Origin: an uncultured Opitutales bacterium
GTDB lineage: Bacteria; Verrucomicrobiota; Verrucomicrobiia; Opitutales; Intestinicryptomonadaceae
Assembly (NCBI GenBank): GCA_934613415.1
Contig: CAKTSY010000005.1
Location: 60,001 to 92,000, forward strand
Length of the DNA stretch: 32,000 nucleotides
Direction of reading: 5' to 3'
Part shown: one piece after another, positions 7,724-16,809 of the stretch
Numbering within the stretch: position 1 is the stretch's first letter
How the letters are laid out: every line of letters begins with the position of its first letter
Position numbers and translations under genes: made by a program
The notes under the pieces: model-generated
Databases searched by the model: none
What the model was told of the DNA's origin: nothing
What the model saw: only the letters and a program-made list of their open reading frames with translations

Positions 7724-9652
7724 TCAATACCAATATTCGCTTAAAAGATTTTTAAAAAAGCCTTTGTCTTTATAAAACTGCACCAAAACTTTTGCCTTAG
7801 TGTTTGGCTTTACTTTAACTGCAAAGCCGCAAAACGAATACCCTTTAAGCGGTAAATCTTTTTTGTTTGTAATTTTGTTTTCAAAAATTTCGGCACTATG
7901 CGGCAAATTGCTTTTAATTTTTGCAAAGACTTTTTCGTTGCCAAAACTTAGCTCTATTAGCGAGTTCGAAACTATTTTAACCTTTGCCTGAGTGGGTATG
8001 TTAAATACATATTCAACTTCGTCTGCCAAAGTTTCAAATTCGTCTAAAACTTCAACTTTTCTTTCGTTTTTAATATATACGCTTCTGGCGGCATTCTTTA
8101 ATTTTGCATTATACAATTCCGACAAGTCGAACTTTGCGCCGCTTTTTTCGGAGCTGTCGAATTTTTCCACCATTGTCCCAAAGCCGTCTACATTGGGCTG
8201 AACACCCTTTATGTAAAACGAGCTGTGCGAAGTATCTTTGTAGCACAAAAGAGACCATCTTTCGCTGTCTTGCGTCAAAAAGAAAAGCTTTTTTACCCCT
8301 CTGCTTTCCAACTCGGCATAGCCTACAATGTTCGGATCGCATACAAAGCGGTTGCTGTCGAAATCCAATACAAACGAGCCAACGTCCATATGCCCGTGCG
8401 AGTTCGACGCCTTTCCGCCTTTTGCCGCCAAGTAAATGCCCTTGCCTTTTTCCCAGTTGGTTCTGCCCATAAAAATGTGTTGTTTGCCTTTTGCAAAATA
8501 GTTTTTTTGCTTGGGCTGCATAAGGTTTTTGCAATCTATATTGGCAATGCTTTTCATAAGCATCGGCAAATTAAGGTTAAACTTGGGCTTAATCTTTCCG
8601 CTTTGAATATCGTTAAAATAGTCTTTGTATTGATATAAAAGCGTGTTGTCTTTTAGGCTGTCGGCAAACCAAAATTGCGGAAGCTGCGGGGCTTTCAACA
8701 CGCTGTCGTAGCAGTCGCCGTAATTAAAGGCAAGCATACTGCAGCCCGTCGAAAACTGCATAAATTTTGCCGAGGCAAAAATTTCGCCGTGTTTTTCCAT
8801 ACCCAAAAGCGAGCCATACGCCGTCTTTGCCGACTGCATTAGCAGAACTTCGTAGCCCGTGCCAAACTCCCAATAGCCTGCGGCTTCGGGATACGCTCCG
8901 TCGGGCTTGTACAAATCAAACGACTTTGCGTTCATATCCAAACAGCGCAAAATTATTTTTTTCGAAAGCTCGGGGTATTTGTCGAACAGCGCAAGACCGC
9001 CCATAAAAATGCCGGCATTGCAAACCTGATTCCAATTATTGTGAATGCTAAGCCATCTCCACCAATATTCGGGGTGTTTTTTGTCGTATGTAATTATAAG
9101 GGCTTTTTCGTAAATTGCCTTTTCTACAATAGCCAAAGTAGATTCGGGCAGGTCGTAGTAAAGCCAATCGTAGCCAATTGCAATGCCCGTTGTCATCGCC
9201 GAAACGTCCAAAAAATGTCCGGGGTTCCAAGTCTTAAAAGAGGCGGCCTTTAGCATATATTTTTCGGCTGCCTGCAAATATTTTTTGTCTTTTGTAATCC
9301 TGTAGGCATATGCAAGAGTGGGTATAGACCACCTGTATTCGTAGCAGGTTGCAAGCCTGTATACCACCATTTTGGCTGCGGGCGGCTCGACACTTGCAAG
9401 CTCGTTTGCCTTGTCTATAAGAGTGTTGTGGTATGCCTTTAACAATGCATTGCTTTTTAAGCCCTCTTTTATGACGGCTTCGTCTGCTATGGTCATAAGC
9501 AAGCGCGGGTGTTTTGCAATGTTGTCTAGCCAACCGCTTTCGGCAATTTTTTGCTCAGAAGCCGTGGCTATGGCGTATTTTTCGTCTACCGAATTTGCGG
9601 CGAACAACGCCGCTGCAAAAAGTGCAAAACCAATCGTAAAAATCTTTTTCAT
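7724..9652 (-). CDS. Secreted heparinase II/III-like polysaccharide lyase family protein
   Basis: The ORF is open to ATG 9679. The likely start is Met8 or Met10 (9658/9652), giving MKKIFTIGFALFAAALFAANS. The C-terminal half carries SNSHGHMDVGSFVLD, typical of the heparinase II/III domain. The N-terminal half is alpha-helical and resembles alginate-lyase/DUF4962. Confidence 0.7.
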   Translation of the reverse strand: MKKIFTIGFALFAAALFAANSVDEKYAIATASEQKIAESGWLDNIAKHPRLLMTIADEAVIKEGLKSNALLKAYHNTLIDKANELASVEPPAAKMVVYRLATCYEYRWSIPTLAYAYRITKDKKYLQAAEKYMLKAASFKTWNPGHFLDVSAMTTGIAIGYDWLYYDLPESTLAIVEKAIYEKALIITYDKKHPEYWWRWLSIHNNWNQVCNAGIFMGGLALFDKYPELSKKIILRCLDMNAKSFDLYKPDGAYPEAAGYWEFGTGYEVLLMQSAKTAYGSLLGMEKHGEIFASAKFMQFSTGCSMLAFNYGDCYDSVLKAPQLPQFWFADSLKDNTLLYQYKDYFNDIQSGKIKPKFNLNLPMLMKSIANIDCKNLMQPKQKNYFAKGKQHIFMGRTNWEKGKGIYLAAKGGKASNSHGHMDVGSFVLDFDSNRFVCDPNIVGYAELESRGVKKLFFLTQDSERWSLLCYKDTSHSSFYIKGVQPNVDGFGTMVEKFDSSEKSGAKFDLSELYNAKLKNAARSVYIKNERKVEVLDEFETLADEVEYVFNIPTQAKVKIVSNSLIELSFGNEKVFAKIKSNLPHSAEIFENKITNKKDLPLKGYSFCGFAVKVKPNTKAKVLVQFYKDKGFFKNLLSEYWY

Positions 9653-9721
9653 ATACATCTTTGATGAAATTTTTTGCATATTAAAATTATTGTCAAAACA
9701 ATATTAGAGACACACATTAAC

Positions 9722-9752
9722 AAAAAAGGCCGGCGCACCAAATGCGTCGACC
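9722..9752 (-). terminator. Probable intrinsic terminator of glnN
   Basis: The minus strand reads GGTCGACGCA-TTTGG-TGCGCCGGCC followed by TTTTTT. The 10-bp stem has one mismatch and one G.U. Confidence 0.55.
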
Positions 9753-9798
9753 CTAAAAAAAATTAAATATTGTACGAATAAAAATGCCTAGTGTCGCT

Positions 9799-11931
9799 TT
9801 AGTAGATAAACAACATTTCGCAATATTTGGGCAAAGGCCAAACTTCGCTGTCTACCAAAATTTCGGCGGTATCGGCATTCTTGCGCACTTTTGCCATAGA
9901 TTCAAGCAAAGCCGAATGTGCCGCCGAATTGTGCAACAATTCTTCAAGCTCGTCGGCCGATGCTATTGTTTCGTCTAGCAAAGTTGCCATTCGCAAAACA
10001 AAGGCTTCAAGCTTTGTCTTTTTTAGACCAAGCTCGCGCTGCGCTTTTAACGCCCCGTTTAAGTTTGCAACATACTCGCTTATTGCGGGTATTATGTGCG
10101 TTCTTGCAAGCTTAAGGGTTAGCCCCGCCTCAATTTCTATCTTTCTTTCGTATTCTTCCAAGAACACTTCGTATCTCGAAACAAGCTCTGCCCTGTTAAA
10201 CACCTTATATTTTTCGAACATTGCAATGTTCTTTTCGTCGGTATAGGGTTTTAGGGCTTCGGGCGTGGTTCTCAAATTTGGCAAGCCCCTCTTTTGGGCC
10301 TCTTTTACCCATTCGGCATTGTAGTTATTGCCGTTAAATATAATTCTTTTGTGCTTTTTAATTATATCGCTTAAAACGCCCTGCAATGTTTCGTGAAAAT
10401 TCTTGCCCTTTGCGTTTTCAAGCTTTGTTGCAATTTCGTCGAAAGCTTCGGCAACGGCGGTGTTCAATATAATGTTGGGGCCCGCGCAGCTTTGCGAAGA
10501 ACCCGCCGCCCTAAATTCGAACTTGTTGCCGGTAAAGGCAAATGGGCTTGTTCTGTTTCGGTCGGTTGCATCGCACGGCAAAGTGGGCAATGTGTCTACG
10601 CCGATTTTCAGCACGTTCGACTTTTTGCTTGTTTTTGCGTCGCCCTTTTCAAGCTGGCGCACAATGTCGGTAAGCTGTTCGCCCAAGAATATCGAAATTA
10701 TCGAAGGCGGTGCTTCGTTTGCGCCCAAGCGGTGGTCGTTGCCCGCGCCTGCGGTAGAAGCCCTAAGCAGGTCGCTATGCCTGTCTACAGCCTGAATTAC
10801 CGCGCAAAGCGTTGTAAGGAATATCGCATTTTGGTGAGGGTCGCTGCCTGGGTTTAAAAGGTTTACATCGCCAACCGAAATAGACCAGTTGTTGTGCTTG
10901 CCCGAACCGTTTACGCTTGCAAAGGGCTTTTCGTGAAGCAGGCACGCAAAACCGTGCTTGTCGGCAATCTGGCGCAGGGCGTCCATAACAAGCATATTGT
11001 GGTCTACGGCCAAATTAAGCTCTTCAAAAATGGGGGCAACTTCAAACTGCGCAGGGGCAACTTCGTTGTGTCGCGTTTTAGAGGGAATGCCCATTCGCCA
11101 CAGCTCTTTGTCTACATCGCTCATAAACGCCAAAATTCTGGGCTTAATTGTGCCGAAATAGTGGTCGTCTAGCTGCTGGTGTTTTTGCGGAGGCGCGCCA
11201 AAAAGCGTTCTGCCCGTTTGCATTAGGTCGGGGCGTTGAACGTAAAGGGCTTTGTCTATAAGGAAATATTCTTGTTCTGCGCCAAGAGTTACCGAAGGCT
11301 CGGCGTTTTCTATGCCGAAGCATTTCGCCAAACGCTTTGCCTGAAAGCCCAAAACCTGCATCGAACGCAAAAGCGGCGTTTTTTTGTCGAGAACTTCGCC
11401 CGTATACGAGCAAAAAGCGGTTGGTATGCACAAGGTAGCAACGTCGCCTCTGCGCTTAATAAAGGCGGGGCTGGTTGGGTCCCACGCAGTATAGCCGCGG
11501 GCTTCAAATGTGGACCTAAGCCCGCCCGATGGAAAACTCGATGCGTCGGGCTCGCCCATAATAAGGTTCTTACCCGAAAATCTTGTAATTACATTGCCAA
11601 GTTTGTCGAATTCCAAAAACGAGTCGTGCTTTTCGGCGGTAGAACCCGTAAGGGGCAAAAACCAGTGCGTATAGTGGGTTGCTCCCCTTTCTATAGCCCA
11701 CGATTTCATTGCATGGGCAACCGAGTCGGCAATGGACGAGTCCAAAGCCATCTTGTTGTTTATAGTTTCAAGCAGCTTTCTGTATACAGGACGCGGAAGG
11801 TATTCTTCCATGGCCTTTTTGCCGAAAACGTCGCAACCGAATTCCTCTACAATGCTATAGTTTTTCGAAACGCAATCCTTTTCGGGAAGCCTTTCGGCTA
11901 TTTTGGCAATCGCCTCATTTCTTATATTCAT
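9799..11931 (-). CDS. glnN: Glutamine synthetase type III
   Basis: 710 aa, the typical GSIII length. GS motifs are GAEQEYFLID, RHNEVAPAQFEVAP, NGSGKHNNWS and NRTSPFAFTGNKFEFRA. Confidence 0.9.
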   Translation of the reverse strand: MNIRNEAIAKIAERLPEKDCVSKNYSIVEEFGCDVFGKKAMEEYLPRPVYRKLLETINNKMALDSSIADSVAHAMKSWAIERGATHYTHWFLPLTGSTAEKHDSFLEFDKLGNVITRFSGKNLIMGEPDASSFPSGGLRSTFEARGYTAWDPTSPAFIKRRGDVATLCIPTAFCSYTGEVLDKKTPLLRSMQVLGFQAKRLAKCFGIENAEPSVTLGAEQEYFLIDKALYVQRPDLMQTGRTLFGAPPQKHQQLDDHYFGTIKPRILAFMSDVDKELWRMGIPSKTRHNEVAPAQFEVAPIFEELNLAVDHNMLVMDALRQIADKHGFACLLHEKPFASVNGSGKHNNWSISVGDVNLLNPGSDPHQNAIFLTTLCAVIQAVDRHSDLLRASTAGAGNDHRLGANEAPPSIISIFLGEQLTDIVRQLEKGDAKTSKKSNVLKIGVDTLPTLPCDATDRNRTSPFAFTGNKFEFRAAGSSQSCAGPNIILNTAVAEAFDEIATKLENAKGKNFHETLQGVLSDIIKKHKRIIFNGNNYNAEWVKEAQKRGLPNLRTTPEALKPYTDEKNIAMFEKYKVFNRAELVSRYEVFLEEYERKIEIEAGLTLKLARTHIIPAISEYVANLNGALKAQRELGLKKTKLEAFVLRMATLLDETIASADELEELLHNSAAHSALLESMAKVRKNADTAEILVDSEVWPLPKYCEMLFIY

Positions 11932-11942
11932 AAATATCCTTT

Positions 11943-11970
11943 TTTGCGCTAAAAATTATCTTTGCGCTAA
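11943..11970 (-). promoter_or_regulatory. Two copies of TTAGCGCAAA (minus-strand sense), 18 bp start to start, directly upstream of glnN
   Basis: The + strand has TTTGCGCTAA at 11943-11952 and 11961-11970. The proximal copy ends 11 nt before the glnN ATG (11931), next to an AAGGA SD. Confidence 0.3.
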
Positions 11971-12098
11971 TAGAGTTTTATTTGAAAGACAATTTTGTAG
12001 CATACAAATTAGCTTGCAAGTACAATTTTGAAGAAAAAAACTTGCCGCATTTTTCAAAAAATATAGCCAAGGCAAAAAAGTACGATGCCATAAATATT

Positions 12099-12992
12099 AT
12101 GGAATGGTTTTTATTGGCTATAGCTTTTGCATTTTTCAACGCCCTTACAATGCTTATAAGCCAGCATTTTAAGCTAAACGGGCACCTTATGTCGGGTCTA
12201 AGGGGCATAGGGGTTGGCATTATATATTTCCCTTTGCTGTTTTTTTGCGAAATTCCAAAAAGCGCGGGCTTTTGGGCATTGATAGCATTGGAAGGGGCAA
12301 TAAGCACTGTATATAATGAAAAACTGTATGCGGCTTCCGCAAAATACGGGGCAAGTTCCACTTCTATAATAATGGTGCTTTCGGTTGCGCTGGGTATGGT
12401 TTTTTGGTGGGTTGTAGACTTAAACAGGTTTTTAGCCCTTATACACAATCCTTTAATTCTTTGCGGCATAATAGGTTCCGTAATTTTTATTGCATTGGGC
12501 TTTTTTATTACAATAAAAAACAGCTTTGCAAATTTGCGGCTCGAGCAACTTAAATTTACAATGCCCGCCGTTTTCCTGCTTTCGGTAATGATGATATGCC
12601 GAAAGGAAATTATGCTTGGCGAAAATTTCGTTACCGCAATGACCTACTATTGCACGGTTTCTATTTTCCTTAGCGGAGTAGTAAACATTGCGTGGTTTAG
12701 ATTTATAAAGAAAAAGGCAGGTAAAAATACAAAGACAATTTTGTCGGCTGGCGTACTTATGGCTCTGGCAAGCGCAATTACAATTTTGTGCGGCAATGCA
12801 TCTTCGCTATATTGCCCAAACCCCGCCTATATAAATGCGGTTTGCCTTACAAGCCCCCTTTGGATTGTGCTGTTCGACAAATTTATAGGCAAAAAAGACG
12901 ACATAAACTATGCGGGGCTTGCTCTTATGCTCTCTGCAATGCTTGCCCTTATATACTTTGCAAATTCGCCAATTTTGCCGCCATACCACTAA
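12099..12992 (+). CDS. Polytopic inner-membrane protein, DMT/EamA-like transporter (family uncertain)
   Basis: The ORF-track start at 11982 is TTG, and the first ATG is at 12099 (MEWFLLAIAFAFFNALTML...). About 10 hydrophobic segments are visible by eye. No diagnostic motif was recognised. Confidence 0.5.
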   Translation: MEWFLLAIAFAFFNALTMLISQHFKLNGHLMSGLRGIGVGIIYFPLLFFCEIPKSAGFWALIALEGAISTVYNEKLYAASAKYGASSTSIIMVLSVALGMVFWWVVDLNRFLALIHNPLILCGIIGSVIFIALGFFITIKNSFANLRLEQLKFTMPAVFLLSVMMICRKEIMLGENFVTAMTYYCTVSIFLSGVVNIAWFRFIKKKAGKNTKTILSAGVLMALASAITILCGNASSLYCPNPAYINAVCLTSPLWIVLFDKFIGKKDDINYAGLALMLSAMLALIYFANSPILPPYH

Positions 12993-13059
12993 AAGAAGCA
13001 AAACGCGCAAAGAACAAATCTCCTTTACAAAGGCAAAATGTCGGGGAAAAATATCCCAC

Positions 13060-14268
13060 ATGAAAACATTCTTATTTACCCTAACGGCATTCTTTGCAAT
13101 AGGCACCTTGTGCGCCGAATTTAACATTACATCAAAACCCTTCGGCAAAACCAAAGACGGCAAAGATGTTATTGAATATACCATAAGCAACTCCGACATG
13201 TCGGTTTCGGCGCTAAACTACGGCGGCGTTATTACCGAAATTAACGTGCCCGACAGCAGCGGAAATATAGAAAACATAACGCCAAACTTTAAAACCGTTG
13301 CAGAATACGAAAATTCCACAACATATTTCGGCGCATTTATTGGCCGCTACGGCAACAGAATTGCAAACGCCAAATTCGAGCTAAACGGCAAAACCTATAA
13401 ACTGGGCGCAAACGAAAACGGCAAGTGCCTGCACGGCGGCGTAAGCGGCTTTAACGACAAAATCTACAAGGTAGATTCCGAACGCGGCAAAAACTACATT
13501 GCCCTTGTCTTTACAAGAATTTCGCCCGACGGCGAGGAGGGTTTCCCCGGCAACTTGGCAGTTTCGGTTAAATATGTTCTAACCGACAAAAACCAGCTTG
13601 TTTTTATATACAGCGCAAAAAGCGACGCCGACACCGTTTGCAACCTTACGCAGCACACCTACTTTAACCTTACAGGCAAATTACAACCCATAACCAAACA
13701 CACACTGCAAATAGATGCCGACTTTATAACCCCCGTAGACAAAAATTTGATTCCCACAGGAGCCTTTAAAGGAGTAGAAAACACTGCCTTCGATTTTAGA
13801 ACCGCAAAGGAAATAGGCAAAGATATAATGCAAAACGACGAGCAGCTTGCCCTTGGCGGCGGCTACGATCACAACTTTGTTTTAAGCAAAGGTCAAACAG
13901 GCGATATGCAGTTTGCGGCCGCCCTAAGCGACCCGCAAAGCGGCAGAATTATGAACATATATACAACAGAGCCGGGGCTGCAGTTCTACTCGGGCAACTT
14001 TTTAGACGGCAAAATTAAAGATGCAAAAGGCCGTGCAATAAACTACCGCTGCGGACTTGCGCTGGAAACCCAGCACTTCCCCGATTCGCCAAACCGCAAG
14101 AATTTTCCCAGCACCGTGCTAAAGAAGGGGCAAGAATACGTTTCGGCAACAATGTACGAATTTAAAGCAAAATCGTTTTGGGACAAACTGGATATTTTCG
14201 GGGTATTCGGATTTACCGAAAAAAAATCTCCGAAAAGTCTTGATATTTTAAAAAAATCTGTAGAATAA
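13060..14268 (+). CDS. galM: Aldose 1-epimerase (galactose mutarotase) with an N-terminal signal peptide
   Basis: The track ORF starts at 12910 and overlaps the upstream gene. The ATG at 13060 gives MKTFLFTLTAFFAIGTLCAEF. Motifs are GNRIANAKFELNGKTYKL, LHGGVSGF, NLTQHTYFNL and LALETQHFPDSPN. A tail of about 30 aa follows the conserved core. Confidence 0.85.
   Translation: MKTFLFTLTAFFAIGTLCAEFNITSKPFGKTKDGKDVIEYTISNSDMSVSALNYGGVITEINVPDSSGNIENITPNFKTVAEYENSTTYFGAFIGRYGNRIANAKFELNGKTYKLGANENGKCLHGGVSGFNDKIYKVDSERGKNYIALVFTRISPDGEEGFPGNLAVSVKYVLTDKNQLVFIYSAKSDADTVCNLTQHTYFNLTGKLQPITKHTLQIDADFITPVDKNLIPTGAFKGVENTAFDFRTAKEIGKDIMQNDEQLALGGGYDHNFVLSKGQTGDMQFAAALSDPQSGRIMNIYTTEPGLQFYSGNFLDGKIKDAKGRAINYRCGLALETQHFPDSPNRKNFPSTVLKKGQEYVSATMYEFKAKSFWDKLDIFGVFGFTEKKSPKSLDILKKSVE
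14240..14266 (+). promoter_or_regulatory. Candidate sigma70-type promoter for the rubrerythrin gene
   Basis: TTGATA (14240-14245) - 15 nt - TAGAAT (14261-14266). The spacer is short, and the element lies inside the galM 3' end. Confidence 0.3.
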
Positions 14269-14276
14269 GAATCTAG

Positions 14277-14293
14277 TTAATATGAATCATTAA
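14277..14293. promoter_or_regulatory. AT-rich imperfect palindrome, candidate Fur/PerR-family operator
   Basis: TTAATATGAATCATTAA has TTAAT/ATTAA arms and an inner TGA-A-TCA. It lies between the candidate -10 element and the SD (AAAGGAAAG) of the rubrerythrin gene. Confidence 0.3.
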
Positions 14294-14319
14294 CAATTAG
14301 AAAAGGAAAGACGAAGATT

Positions 14320-14874
14320 ATGAAACAGATAGTATGCCCCGTTTGCGGCTATGTTATGGACCCAAACAACGTTCCCGATTTTTGCCCCCAGTGCAAAGCA
14401 CCCAAGGCAAAGTTTATAGAAAGGGAAGTTTCCGACGAAAAGCCCGCCTGGGCCGACGAACACCGCATTGGCGTTGCCAAAGATGTAGACCCCGAAGTTT
14501 TGGAAGGCCTTAGGGCGAACTTTACGGGCGAATGCACAGAAGTTGGAATGTATTTGGCAATGAGCCGCCAAGCCGACAGAGAAGGCTACCCCGAAGTTGC
14601 CGAAGCCTACAAGCGCATTGCTTTTGAAGAAGCAGAACACGCCGCAAAGTTTGCCGAATTGTTGGGCGAAGTTGTAGTGCCCTGCACAAAGACGAACCTT
14701 ATTGCAAGGGTAGAAGCCGAAAGAGGCGCAACCGAAGGCAAATTGGCAATTGCAAAGCGCGCAAAACAGCTCGGCTACGATGCAATTCACGACACCGTTC
14801 ACGAAATGTGCAAAGACGAAGCACGCCACGGCTGCGCGTTCTCGGGCCTGCTAAAACGCTACTTTAACAAATAG
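14320..14874 (+). CDS. rbr: Reverse rubrerythrin (N-terminal rubredoxin-like domain plus C-terminal di-iron four-helix bundle)
   Basis: 184 aa. CPVCGY...CPQCK lies at the N-terminus. Di-iron ligand motifs [24 protein letters not shown] and KDEARH follow. Confidence 0.85.
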   Translation: MKQIVCPVCGYVMDPNNVPDFCPQCKAPKAKFIEREVSDEKPAWADEHRIGVAKDVDPEVLEGLRANFTGECTEVGMYLAMSRQADREGYPEVAEAYKRIAFEEAEHAAKFAELLGEVVVPCTKTNLIARVEAERGATEGKLAIAKRAKQLGYDAIHDTVHEMCKDEARHGCAFSGLLKRYFNK

Positions 14875-14893
14875 CATTTGCGCATAGCAAAAA

Positions 14894-14936
14894 CAAAAAA
14901 GCTTCCAAGCATACTTTGTTTGGAAGCTTTTTTTGC
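14894..14936. terminator. Bidirectional intrinsic terminator between rbr and the minus-strand operon
   Basis: A-run, then AAGCTTCCAA - loop - TTGGAAGCTT (perfect 10 bp), then TTTTTT. Confidence 0.8.
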
Positions 14937-14951
14937 GTTATAAAAAATCGC

Positions 14952-16787
14952 CTACAAGCTTAGCACAAAAATTTCCAAGTCGCGCAATTCGCTGTCGCTA
15001 AGTTGCGAAGTTTCGCCGTGGGCGTTGTCTTTGTTTTGCTTTAGCATATCGAATATGGTTGGAGCTTTGCCGTTGTATAAATAGGGAGCCGTTCTCCAAA
15101 CTTCGCGCAATGTTGGCGTGTCGAACTTTGCATTTTCGTAAAGGCCTGTTCCGGTTTTTACATTGTGCATTTTCATATCGGTATAATATTCGCCCGTATG
15201 ACACATATTGCACTTTGCCATTTCAAAATAGGCGGCTCCGTTTTCTATGCGCTGTAAATATTTTTCGTCGTACAAATAGGGGCTTGGAATTTCCCTTAAA
15301 GACGACAAATATTTATCTATGCAAACGGCGTCTTTTTCCGGACGCGAGGCAAACTGTATGTATCTTATGCCCTTTCTAACCGCAATAAAAGCGTCTTTGC
15401 GTATGCCCGTTATCATGGAAGGCGGCGTAAAATGCGAATATAGCATAGATTTAGACTGCTTCGGGTTGCCTATGCCGTCGTTAAGCAAGTCCCAATTAAG
15501 GCCGTCGGAGCGCACCTGAGTGTGGCACGTTACGCACGAAAGCCAGTTTTGGAAACACAGCGAAGCATCGTGAAAATACAAATCGCCACGGCGCACATCG
15601 TTCATTTTCTCGTTGCCGCCAATCGAAATTTTTTCGACTTTCATTTCGGGAATGGAAACTTTGTTTAGAGTGTCCGAATAATACATTGCCACAATAAGGT
15701 TTCCCTTTTCGTCGAAATCCATATGGCGCGGGCCAAAGCCTTTTAGGGTAATACGCTTTTTTAAGCCGTCGGCAAACGACAAATCGTTTTGCGGGGCAAT
15801 TTTGCCTTTAGGATTTTTCGCGTACGCCGCATATTTTTTTAAAATGCCTGCAATATCAACCGCCGCCAATTCGTGATTGCCCGCCGAAAGTGCATACAAG
15901 GTTTTGCCGTCTGGCGAAACCTTAAGCGCATATGGGTTTGCAAAACCCTTGTCGGCGTCGTCCAACAAAAATGCAAACATAAATTCCTTTTTTTGGGCGT
16001 CTATAACCGAAACCGCGTTTGTGCCAACCCACCCTTTTTCTACCTGCGTTGTAGGCACATTAAAGCGGCCTATAACGTGCGAGCAAAAAAGATATTTGCC
16101 GTCGGGCGAAGCGCAAACATACTTGCCGTTTATAGAGCCTGCAGGCAAGGATATGTTTTTTATATTCTGCATTTTTGGGGCATCTATAACCGAAAGGCTA
16201 AGTGCAATGTTTGCCTCTTTCGAAGCGTCTTTTGCCATTGGTATTTGGTTTAGCACAAAAATCGTATCGTTTAAAACGAGCATCGAAAAGGGGTCTCGTA
16301 CCGCCATTGCATTGCCTTCGGCCTTTAGGGTTTTCAGGTTAAACTTCAATATCTCGTTTGTAAATTGCCGCGACACATACAAAAATTTTGCGTCTGGCGA
16401 AATTGCTATGGCTTTGGGCATATGCCCCACAAAAAATTCGCGCTCTACTTTGGCGGTTTGCACGTCTACAACCGCGCATTTGCCCAAAGGAGCGTTTATT
16501 AAAACATACAGTTTTTTAGAATCGGGCGAAAACACACAGTCGCCAGTATAGCCCGAAAGTTTTACTTTGCCCGCAATTTTGCCGTCTTTAAAAAACATTA
16601 TGCCCTTGCCCGTTCTGCAAGTTATGCAAAGCGTACCGTTGGGGGCCTTTGCAACATAGTCGGGGCTAAGGTAAAATTCGCCGTAGTCGGGAATATCGCC
16701 ATAAATATCGGTCGCCCCGCCCTGCTGGTCGGCGAACAGTAAAAGCGAACTAAAACAAAAAAACGCGGCAAACAAAAACTTTTTCAT
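14952..16787 (-). CDS. Secreted beta-propeller (YVTN/YncE-like repeats) fused to a di-haem cytochrome c peroxidase / MauG-family domain
   Basis: 611 aa with signal peptide MKKFLFAAFFCFSSLLLFA. Repeated ..SPDGK.LY.. propeller-blade motifs fill the N-terminal ~400 aa. Two CxxCH sites (CVTCH and CNMCH) lie 108 aa apart. The CCP-like FDTPTLREVWRTAPYLYNG follows. A strong SD, AGGGGGA, sits 6 nt upstream of the ATG. Confidence 0.7.
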   Translation of the reverse strand: MKKFLFAAFFCFSSLLLFADQQGGATDIYGDIPDYGEFYLSPDYVAKAPNGTLCITCRTGKGIMFFKDGKIAGKVKLSGYTGDCVFSPDSKKLYVLINAPLGKCAVVDVQTAKVEREFFVGHMPKAIAISPDAKFLYVSRQFTNEILKFNLKTLKAEGNAMAVRDPFSMLVLNDTIFVLNQIPMAKDASKEANIALSLSVIDAPKMQNIKNISLPAGSINGKYVCASPDGKYLFCSHVIGRFNVPTTQVEKGWVGTNAVSVIDAQKKEFMFAFLLDDADKGFANPYALKVSPDGKTLYALSAGNHELAAVDIAGILKKYAAYAKNPKGKIAPQNDLSFADGLKKRITLKGFGPRHMDFDEKGNLIVAMYYSDTLNKVSIPEMKVEKISIGGNEKMNDVRRGDLYFHDASLCFQNWLSCVTCHTQVRSDGLNWDLLNDGIGNPKQSKSMLYSHFTPPSMITGIRKDAFIAVRKGIRYIQFASRPEKDAVCIDKYLSSLREIPSPYLYDEKYLQRIENGAAYFEMAKCNMCHTGEYYTDMKMHNVKTGTGLYENAKFDTPTLREVWRTAPYLYNGKAPTIFDMLKQNKDNAHGETSQLSDSELRDLEIFVLSL

Positions 16788-16809
16788 AATTTATCCCCCT
16801 TTTGTTTTG

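Noticed and set aside
11236-11952. A 238-aa + strand ORF antisense to glnN. Similar long antisense ORFs occur at 22777-23523, 23745-24653, 15877-16551, 21551-22066, 2920-3468, 9827-10246 and elsewhere.
   Set aside because: All lie fully inside strongly supported genes on the other strand. Their compositions are low-complexity (S/A/P/F/L/K/R-rich), they carry no motifs, and several begin with non-ATG starts. They are typical shadow ORFs.
12910-13059. An N-terminal 50-aa extension of galM in the ORF track. Comparable extensions occur at 11982-12098 (membrane protein, TTG), 25785-25847 (acpS), 31025-31030 (fic, TTG), 22678-22683 (paralog B, TTG) and 6557-6601 (DUF2147).
   Set aside because: The extensions overlap upstream genes or are non-ATG starts. 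They precede much better starts that give canonical signal peptides or ATGA-type coupling.
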